The notes below the pieces were generated by a model, which did no database searches, was not told the origin of the DNA, and saw only the letters and a program-made list of their open reading frames with translations. Below, one piece after another: positions 23,124 to 29,261 of a DNA stretch of 29,261 nucleotides (position 1 is the stretch's first letter; every line of letters begins with the position of its first letter). The DNA lies in IMG/VR virus record IMGVR_UViG_3300044261_000004, positions 1-29,261 of that record. The stretch is one strand, 5' to 3'. Source of the DNA: a virus (Duplodnaviria > Caudoviricetes). The position numbers and the translations under genes are program-made.

Positions 23124-25454
23124 TTACATTTCTTTGTTTATTTCAGCGGGGGCATTAACTTCCGCCTTCATTAGTTCTGCATTAATTGTATTCTTTGCGC
23201 TAATTTCAGCAAGCGTAATTTGCAAAGCTCCCTGATATTCCACTTTCCATTTCTCGAACTCTTGCTCTTTTTGCAGCCGCATCATTTCAATAGCAGCATT
23301 ATGCTCCATCTGAATCTGAGCTGTTTTGGCATTCAATTCAGCCTTCATTTGCTCTACTGCCATAGTTGCTTGCGCTTGAGCCTGACTTGCTGCCGCATCT
23401 GCTTGAGCGCGCAATTCTTCAAGATGCGCCGCGTTTTGAGCCTTCATCTGCTCAATTTGTCCTTGCTGCTGTAGCTCCGCTTGCGCTTGTTGTGCAGATA
23501 ACTGCATTTCTTGTTGCTTTGCTTGCATTTCTGCTTGATGTTTTGCTTGATCTGCCTGCGCTTGTCCTGCGTTAGGGTCTTGTTGCGGTTTTGGAGCCTG
23601 CATTTTATCCAAAGCATCCTCTACGGCATTGCCCATCTTAGAACGGCGAACCGCAACCATTACAATCTCTTTCGCCGCTTCAATAGGCAATGCACCGGAT
23701 TGGACAATAGGAGCAATGCCGCTCATAAACTGAGTAATCCCTCCGATTAACTCAGTCAACCCCTTCATGTCTTCCTGAATTGTCGCCGCTGTTGTCGAAT
23801 CTGTTTCGATATCAACTTTATAGGTGCGTTGGCAATCGTCCTTTAGTATTTTCTGGATTGATTCCCAAGTAAATAAAGGCGGTTGCGGCGGCTGTGGCGG
23901 GGGAGGCAATTGCGGGGTCTGCCCAGATTGTTGCGCCATTGCTTGAGCTTGCTCGGCCTGTTGCTGATATTGCTGCATTTGAGCTTGAAATTGAGCCGTT
24001 TCCTTTTGAACGTCTGCGTCTTTTGGGAATGGCAGCATAGTCATCTTTTCCAGCGTCTCAAGCTGGAATTTTTCCCCAATTACTTCCGCCATTATGCGCA
24101 TCATATCGCGGATATAACGCTGGAATTCTCGTTGCAATGTGGAAATACGCATCGTTCCCCACTGCGCTTTAATCTGCTGCGCTCCTAGTGTCTCGCTTGC
24201 ATTGGTTGCGCCCCTAAGAATATCCCCCAGTCCGTTGATCTCGTAAATGACATTCTTGCATTGCTCGCGCTGCTGGGTAAGAAGTGTTATTACCTGCGCC
24301 GCGTCAGCGATTGGCATCATCCATATCGCCTTCTCGATGCCTCCGCGCTCAAGCCATGATGCGGCATTTTGTGCAGGGATTAAGTCGTTATCATTGCCCT
24401 TCAGCAATTCCGCAACCTCTGTCATCGTGGAGTCGTAAATACCGCGAACCTTGCAAGCGTCTAGCAATTTATTAATACGAGACGATATGCGGTCTAGCTC
24501 TTCTGCCTGTTCTTGATATTGGCTGAATAAAGCTGTAGGGATAAGAGTTGAAGAGTCAGCAATAGCGTATATCGGGCGAGGCAGCGGGAAAAAGCTCTCA
24601 AGCTCTAACGGATCATCAATTATGTCTAAAGGCTTCGCTGCATTGCGAGATATGAATAAAACCTTTTTTTCATCCTTGTCCCAAATTTCCCAAACGGATG
24701 CAGTTTTAAAAGCGTCGGAGGTAGATTCGTCCTCACGGTTTACATCTTCATCATTGGCGTCGTCAAGCTTCATGCGCTCACCAATTTCACCGAACTTTTC
24801 AATCAGGTCATCACGAGTCATACGGTGGTGGAAAGCAACCCATTGCACCTCTTCCCATGTTTTACCCGCCCCAAAACGGAAGTCATCCCACTGGACATGC
24901 TCAACAACGCATTGTTCCCAAGCGACCTCTTCGGCCTGCTCGGATTCCATTAACTCATCAGATCGAGATTCGTTTGATTCTTCTGTTTCTTCCGTGTCTT
25001 CATTTTCAACAGATACGCCAAGCTGTTTTAATGATGGAACATATCTAATACGAGACACACCGCGGCCAGTAAGAAGCATGTCAAGCAGGTCGTGCTTCAA
25101 AGAGGTATCGAATTGCTCAATATCAATCTGGAATTCTAGAGCGCGGGAAAGTACGTCTGATACCGCCTTCCCTACTGGGTCTGCATCTTTAAATCTGCGC
25201 CTAACGTCAGGCTTAGGTAGGCTTGAATAGATAGCAGGCATCAATGTCTCTGTATTTGACCAGAGAATATTGAAGCTATTCTTCTTGCGATTCTTTCCGC
25301 GATAGCGGTCAATGATTAGCTTTGACTGCTTGCGCCAATCAGACTCACGCTTATCGGCGAGTTTCAGCTCAAGCAGCCATCTACGTTGGATAGCCTGATC
25401 GCCTTTGCCGAAGTCTTCTGTGGTTTCTACGGGATTAGGGGAAAATTCATTCAT
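23124..25454 (-). CDS. Portal protein with long Gln-rich C-terminal coiled coil
   Basis: 776 aa after TerL; FNILWSN...P.P.VRRRF, VWEIWDK and DILRG...ETLGAQ motifs; helical C-terminus like the P22 portal barrel. Confidence 0.88.
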   Translation of the reverse strand: MNEFSPNPVETTEDFGKGDQAIQRRWLLELKLADKRESDWRKQSKLIIDRYRGKNRKKNSFNILWSNTETLMPAIYSSLPKPDVRRRFKDADPVGKAVSDVLSRALEFQIDIEQFDTSLKHDLLDMLLTGRGVSRIRYVPSLKQLGVSVENEDTEETEESNESRSDELMESEQAEEVAWEQCVVEHVQWDDFRFGAGKTWEEVQWVAFHHRMTRDDLIEKFGEIGERMKLDDANDEDVNREDESTSDAFKTASVWEIWDKDEKKVLFISRNAAKPLDIIDDPLELESFFPLPRPIYAIADSSTLIPTALFSQYQEQAEELDRISSRINKLLDACKVRGIYDSTMTEVAELLKGNDNDLIPAQNAASWLERGGIEKAIWMMPIADAAQVITLLTQQREQCKNVIYEINGLGDILRGATNASETLGAQQIKAQWGTMRISTLQREFQRYIRDMMRIMAEVIGEKFQLETLEKMTMLPFPKDADVQKETAQFQAQMQQYQQQAEQAQAMAQQSGQTPQLPPPPQPPQPPLFTWESIQKILKDDCQRTYKVDIETDSTTAATIQEDMKGLTELIGGITQFMSGIAPIVQSGALPIEAAKEIVMVAVRRSKMGNAVEDALDKMQAPKPQQDPNAGQAQADQAKHQAEMQAKQQEMQLSAQQAQAELQQQGQIEQMKAQNAAHLEELRAQADAAASQAQAQATMAVEQMKAELNAKTAQIQMEHNAAIEMMRLQKEQEFEKWKVEYQGALQITLAEISAKNTINAELMKAEVNAPAEINKEM

Positions 25455-25456
25455 AA

Positions 25457-25972
25457 TCAGAATGCCGGAGTAACTACAGCGCCATCCTCAAGCGGGATGT
25501 ATCGTAAATAATGCCTAGCCGTTCCAGTTGTGCTTCCAACCCCAATTACTGTCTTAATGCTCGAGCCTGATGGAACTCGAATACAGCCCCACGGGAATGC
25601 CCCAACTCCGGAAGCATTAGTTACTACTGGCGCATTAGTTAGCGCTCCGAGCTGCGCCAATACACTTACTCCAACGGCAGCATTTGCCAGCGATGCGGAC
25701 GCTACGCTTATGGTTTGACTTGTTGCTGTGTTGTTGTTTGTTACAGAATATTGAAGTGTTGAGGCTGTTGCACCGTTGAGGGTGTAGAATTCAGAGGCCA
25801 GTGCATAGATAAGGATGTCACCACCTGAAGTATTAAATATAGCATCGCCGTTCACCATTACTTTAGGAGTAGTTGCAGAAACAATGCTATCAACTCCTGA
25901 AATCTGTACACCGTTTCGATTGTAGAAAAATCCGTTATGGTAAACATCATTTGGTGCGTCGCCGATTGCCAT
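25457..25972 (-). CDS. Hypothetical beta-rich virion-like protein
   Basis: AAGGAG RBS; sits between TerL and portal. Confidence 0.7.
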   Translation of the reverse strand: MAIGDAPNDVYHNGFFYNRNGVQISGVDSIVSATTPKVMVNGDAIFNTSGGDILIYALASEFYTLNGATASTLQYSVTNNNTATSQTISVASASLANAAVGVSVLAQLGALTNAPVVTNASGVGAFPWGCIRVPSGSSIKTVIGVGSTTGTARHYLRYIPLEDGAVVTPAF

Positions 25973-26002
25973 GTTTTACTCCTTGCTGCTTATCAGCAGT
26001 AA

Positions 26003-27481
26003 TTAATCGTCAGATAACCTTTTTCGCCGATGAGATTGTATCAGCTCGGCTATTGTTTTGTGTTGCTCGTAACGCGGGTCTATTATCGTAGGAGATTCTT
26101 TCACATAAGGACGAGACATGCAAGCATAACGCCAATCGTCAGCGGCGTGGTCTTCTTGCTCTGTGTTCAAGTCCTCGATTTTATCCTTGTCGTGTTGAAG
26201 TAATGGGATTGTTCTTATAGAGTTTTGGCACGTCTTGAAGCAAACTATCATCGGCCTATCAACATCCTCGCCAATCAATCTAGACCGCATTTGATCCCAT
26301 CCCCCCATAGCCCCACGCTGAGAAACGCGAGCATTATCTGCGCGTCTGAAAAGGATGTTTTTACCGCTTCCCGTAAAAATTCTCTCGGCTATGCTTTCTC
26401 CGCCGTCCTGCGTGAATGCCGCAGGGTCAATTACTCCATAGCTTAATTTTTGGTCGTTCTTTTCTTGAGACCACAACTCACGGCCTACAGCATCGGCTGT
26501 TAATTTTAGCCCAGTATTGTATTCTAAGTGACCACTAACATTTGTCTTTATCCCGTACCATTCTCGGTATCTTACCAAGCATCCCCTAGGAAGAGTTAAT
26601 CCTTCCTGAGTTTTATAATCATCTGATACAACAGCCCACCACCCGAAAGAAAACGGCTTTGCGCTTCCCCAGTCTCCAGACCTAAATCGCATCCAGTGGT
26701 CAGGGATTTGAAATGGCTGTATTACATGCCTAGAAGTTGACCAGCAATCGAAGAATGCGCCTGCGACAATATTCCAATCTCCTTCCAGCCATGCCTTGCG
26801 CAAAGCCTCATTACCGCCCGTGGCTGCTTTAATACGCGCCGTATAGCTTGGGTCTGCATTCAATAATATTGAGTTGTCTGCGGTCTTTGATGGAACAAAA
26901 AGCCGAGTAAATCCGCTGTCTGGATCAACATATGGAGTCATCGGTTGCGCAACATCAATATATCTCGCTTTAACCCAAGCGTGTCCAACTCCGCCCGGAT
27001 TACCTGTTGCCCTTACCGTGCAAGGAACGCCGTGCGCACTTCTAAGCGTGGAGAGCATTTTAAGAAGTCCAGCGGGTGTAGGGTATTCCGTAACCTCATC
27101 AAAGCTCATGTGAGTATATTGATGCCCGTGGTAACGCCCATAATCGCGCTCATTCTCGATATATCTCATCTTGACGCTAGCGCCGTTAGGCCAATACCAG
27201 CAATTTGACAAAGGATAATCAGCTGATGGCTGGGTTTTGTATATTGCCCCAGATTGCGGGAATACTTCACATGCTCTAGCTTGAAGCTCTTCTAATTCCG
27301 CGTAGGTTTTGCGAAACATGATACCGCGAGATTTTCCCTCATACGATAATGCTCCGTCCTCTTGATAGCCGATCTGAAAGTCAGATTTCCCGCCGCCGCG
27401 CTCCCCGCCGTAGAATAGCTCGTCTACCCAATCAGCTAATAAAGCGCTACTCTGTGCGCCTTTTTGCGGTTCCCAGACCAT
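26003..27481 (-). CDS. terL: Terminase large subunit
   Basis: Walker A YGGERGGGKS, Walker B MSFDE, ATGNPGG coupling motif, nuclease DWG...DP...EDHAADDWRY. Confidence 0.95.
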   Translation of the reverse strand: MVWEPQKGAQSSALLADWVDELFYGGERGGGKSDFQIGYQEDGALSYEGKSRGIMFRKTYAELEELQARACEVFPQSGAIYKTQPSADYPLSNCWYWPNGASVKMRYIENERDYGRYHGHQYTHMSFDEVTEYPTPAGLLKMLSTLRSAHGVPCTVRATGNPGGVGHAWVKARYIDVAQPMTPYVDPDSGFTRLFVPSKTADNSILLNADPSYTARIKAATGGNEALRKAWLEGDWNIVAGAFFDCWSTSRHVIQPFQIPDHWMRFRSGDWGSAKPFSFGWWAVVSDDYKTQEGLTLPRGCLVRYREWYGIKTNVSGHLEYNTGLKLTADAVGRELWSQEKNDQKLSYGVIDPAAFTQDGGESIAERIFTGSGKNILFRRADNARVSQRGAMGGWDQMRSRLIGEDVDRPMIVCFKTCQNSIRTIPLLQHDKDKIEDLNTEQEDHAADDWRYACMSRPYVKESPTIIDPRYEQHKTIAELIQSHRRKRLSDD

Positions 27482-27755
27482 GAAGTTCGAGCCATTCTGC
27501 CTTGGTTAATTTTGGACGGGATGCAATTTCAACGCTTCCGCTTAGTTCGTTTTCAATCTTTCCGCTATGTTCAATACTTTGCAAATCCGGTAAAGCCTTG
27601 CTTAATAACAGTTTGATTGCGTTTAGCCTTGTCGGGCTAATGTCTTCGTCGGACAGTTCGCCGTTAGCATATTTATGTAGCCTTGTAATTAGGTTTGATA
27701 CTTGTATTTTCGATCTTACATCGTCTTGATGCGTTTTTCTTAATCTTGCGGCCAT
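27447..27755 (-). CDS. terS: Terminase small subunit
   Basis: MAARLRKTHQDDVRSKIQ...LLSKALPDLQSIEHSG; overlaps the TerL start; start moved to ATG 27755. Confidence 0.78.
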   Translation of the reverse strand: MAARLRKTHQDDVRSKIQVSNLITRLHKYANGELSDEDISPTRLNAIKLLLSKALPDLQSIEHSGKIENELSGSVEIASRPKLTKAEWLELHGLGTAKRRTE

Positions 27756-27811
27756 GATTGAGGTTTCTCTATCAGAATGGGATGCGCCCATACGCTGTGC
27801 AGTTATAACAT

Positions 27812-27846
27812 AAAAAATCCCCCACGTCATTTCTGGCGCGGGGGAT
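27812..27846 (-). terminator. Rho-independent terminator upstream of terS
   Basis: ATCCCCCGCGCCA-GAAA-TGACGTGGGGGAT followed by TTTTT. Confidence 0.75.
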
Positions 27847-27892
27847 AAAGGCGCGGGGGAGTTGCGCCATTCTCAGGGAGGAGAGAATTCGG

Positions 27893-28324
27893 TTAAACCG
27901 GAGTGATGGATTTAAGCTCATCATAAAACTGGCGATACCGGATTGTCCGATCGAAGTCTTTTTGTGTTACCTCTTTCATCCGGCGAATATCGCTGTTGTG
28001 CGTCAAGTCTGCCATTTTAACCAATACTGCATCGGGGTTTGATTTAACCTGCTCCTTGTACTCTTCATAACACTGGCCACGCTGTTTGGTCATATCCGAG
28101 ATTCCACTAATCACCCGGTCACTGAATCCTTCTTTTCTAAGCTGGGAAATAGACCATGTTGTGTCTTCAAACAAATCATGGCCAAGCGCGATACACTGTA
28201 GTTCTTCATCAACTGTATTAAGCAACTGCATTACAGCAATGCAATGTAAAAAATACGGCTTCCCTGCCTTATCGTATTGGTTATTGTGTGCCGATGCGGC
28301 TATTGCAAGCATTAATGAAAGCAC
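27893..28324 (-). CDS. HD-domain hydrolase, RelA/SpoT small alarmone hydrolase (Mesh1-like)
   Basis: AH..QYDKAGKPY..H, GHDLFEDT, VKMADLTHN motifs; no synthetase domain; GGAG RBS with GTG start. Confidence 0.88.
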   Translation of the reverse strand: MLSLMLAIAASAHNNQYDKAGKPYFLHCIAVMQLLNTVDEELQCIALGHDLFEDTTWSISQLRKEGFSDRVISGISDMTKQRGQCYEEYKEQVKSNPDAVLVKMADLTHNSDIRRMKEVTQKDFDRTIRYRQFYDELKSITPV

Positions 28325-28346
28325 GGCTTCTCCGTTTAGTTAAATT

Positions 28347-28428
28347 TGGTTCCCGTGGCAGGATTTGAACCTGCGACATACACCGGAATTAATCCGGCTT
28401 AAGCTCTACCAGACTGAGCCACACGGGA
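28347..28428 (-). tRNA. Atypical tRNA or tRNA mimic (82 nt, anticodon arm non-canonical)
   Basis: Acceptor TCCCGTG/CACGGGA-A-CCA, D arm GCTC-AGTCTGGTA-GAGC and T arm GCAGG-TTCAAAT-CCTGC are canonical; central arm GCCGG-ATTAATT-CCGGT is preceded by 4 nt and followed by 7 nt. Confidence 0.8.
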
Positions 28429-28488
28429 ATAAATCGTTGCCGTCTTTCCGGCTGTCAAATGGGTCGTGCGTCCACGCGCTTATATAAC

Positions 28489-28606
28489 GAACAGCCAAGA
28501 ATCCCCAGCAGTTATACCAACAAGTAGCAACCCACTAATGTCTAATAGACAGTGCTACGCAAGGCGCTTGGCGATGTTCGCTATCGTAGGCCGCTGCTTG
28601 TTGGTG
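28489..28606. ncRNA. Structured RNA element upstream of the tRNA-like gene
   Basis: Stem TACCAACAAGTAGC/GCTGCTTGTTGGTG enclosing two hairpins; inner CTTGGC-GA-TGTTCG is complementary to flanking CGAACAGCCAAG. Confidence 0.5.
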
Positions 28607-28702
28607 CTAGATTACGCAATTAAGCAGAATCCAGCGGTGTTAATTGTGCCTGAATTGCTAGTTTTTATCAAGCCGCTTCGTATAAATCCGCTTGAGTTTT
28701 CA

Positions 28703-28840
28703 TTATTTACCCCTCCAAACTTGTAACGTAAAAAAGATAGTCGCAGCGCAAAATGTCAAAAATGGCAAGTTAATTTGCCCAAGTATTGCCCACCCGTTAG
28801 CCATTGTTAAGCAAATCCATGCACGAATTTCTGAATTCAT
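28703..28840 (-). CDS. Small membrane protein (45 aa)
   Basis: MNSEIRAWICLTMANGWAILGQINLPFLTFCAATIFFTLQVWRGK; AAGGAG RBS. Confidence 0.6.
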   Translation of the reverse strand: MNSEIRAWICLTMANGWAILGQINLPFLTFCAATIFFTLQVWRGK

Positions 28841-28856
28841 TTTCTTAGCTCCTTGG

Positions 28857-29153
28857 TTAGTTTACAGATTCAAAATTCTGCGAGTTAAGCATAAGCACGT
28901 CGCCGATGCTCTGTATAAGCGCATAGCGACCTCGCCATCTGTCTTTGAATGATTGCTCACCCGCAGTTAACTTTCGTGCGCTGGGCGGCTTCGTTCCGTC
29001 CTTAATCTCTATCACGAATGTTATTCCGTCGCGCGCCGCAATAATATCCGCGCAGTTTTTAAGCTGCGATATGTCCAGCACAGACCATCCTAATTTGCGG
29101 AAACATGCAACGATCTCGGCATGGTTGGAATCTACGCGAGCGGCTCGCCTCAC
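28857..29153 (-). CDS. VRR-NUC-like PD-(D/E)XK nuclease (possible junction resolvase)
   Basis: MRRAARVDSNHAEIV...ADII...IEIKDG...LTAGEQ.F...W; GTG start overlapping the upstream stop. Confidence 0.8.
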   Translation of the reverse strand: MRRAARVDSNHAEIVACFRKLGWSVLDISQLKNCADIIAARDGITFVIEIKDGTKPPSARKLTAGEQSFKDRWRGRYALIQSIGDVLMLNSQNFESVN

Positions 29154-29260
29154 TTTAAAATTCCCGTCTTTTTCCACCACGCTACGGTTTTAACGTGCGC
29201 AATCCGGTGGTAACTTTGCATGTCTGTGCGGATTGCGAAGCCGGCGCGTCCGTCAACGTA
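29150..29260 (-). CDS. 3' end of a hypothetical gene, 5'-truncated by the window edge
   Basis: Open frame YVDGRAGFAIRTD...WWKKTGILK whose TGA overlaps the nuclease GTG. Confidence 0.5.
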   Translation of the reverse strand, partial: YVDGRAGFAIRTDMQSYHRIAHVKTVAWWKKTGILK

Positions 29261-29261
29261 G

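Noticed and set aside
11555-27481. Numerous plus-strand ORFs opposite structural genes (e.g. 12990-13538, 24622-25230)
   Set aside because: Antisense shadows of well-supported minus-strand genes, with no recognisable motifs.
28347-28428. Ochre suppressor tRNA (TTA) and stop-codon recoding
   Set aside because: TTA is not centred in a 7-nt loop, and long genes end cleanly at TAA, TAG and TGA under the standard code.
2002-28637. Shared 11-mer GAATCCAGCGG at 2002 and 28627
   Set aside because: Many chance 11-mer repeats are expected in 29 kb and the match does not extend meaningfully.
28668-28703. Mini-ORF MKTQADLYEAA as a tmRNA tag, with the nearby tRNA-like element as tmRNA
   Set aside because: It has its own ATG, the tRNA-like gene is contiguous with a full D stem and no G3-U70 pair, and C-terminal AA is common in small phage ORFs.

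Overview
A 29.3 kb piece of a tailed dsDNA phage genome with podovirus-type gene content, probably infecting a Gram-negative host (it has an embedded Rz/Rz1 spanin pair). A divergent promoter pair at ~2680-2751 drives a leftward replication operon (Cro-like HTH, initiator with internal iterons, stand-alone CHC2 zinc-finger protein, DnaB-like helicase cut by the window edge) and a rightward early operon (about 480 nt of structured noncoding RNA, a variable LRR-like repeat protein, a GIY-YIG nuclease cassette, an SSB-like protein, a 3'-5' exonuclease, many small ORFs). From 29261 to 8667 the minus strand carries a VRR-NUC-like nuclease, a tRNA-like RNA, an HD/small-alarmone-hydrolase-like gene, terminase, portal, scaffold, capsid, tail, three ejection-type proteins, a tail fibre and a lysis cassette. 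No integrase, CI-like repressor, reverse transcriptase or CRISPR array is visible. Most notable: (1) five 60-bp repeats that differ only at three non-synonymous sites on the predicted exposed LRR beta-strand, each unit with a different combination; (2) three promoter-proximal leader RNAs with no shared sequence but the same double-pseudoknot topology; (3) a tRNA mimic with a rebuilt anticodon arm beside an SAH-like hydrolase; (4) a second tRNA-like RNA inside a two-state RNA switch. All product calls come from motifs and gene order read by eye, not database searches.
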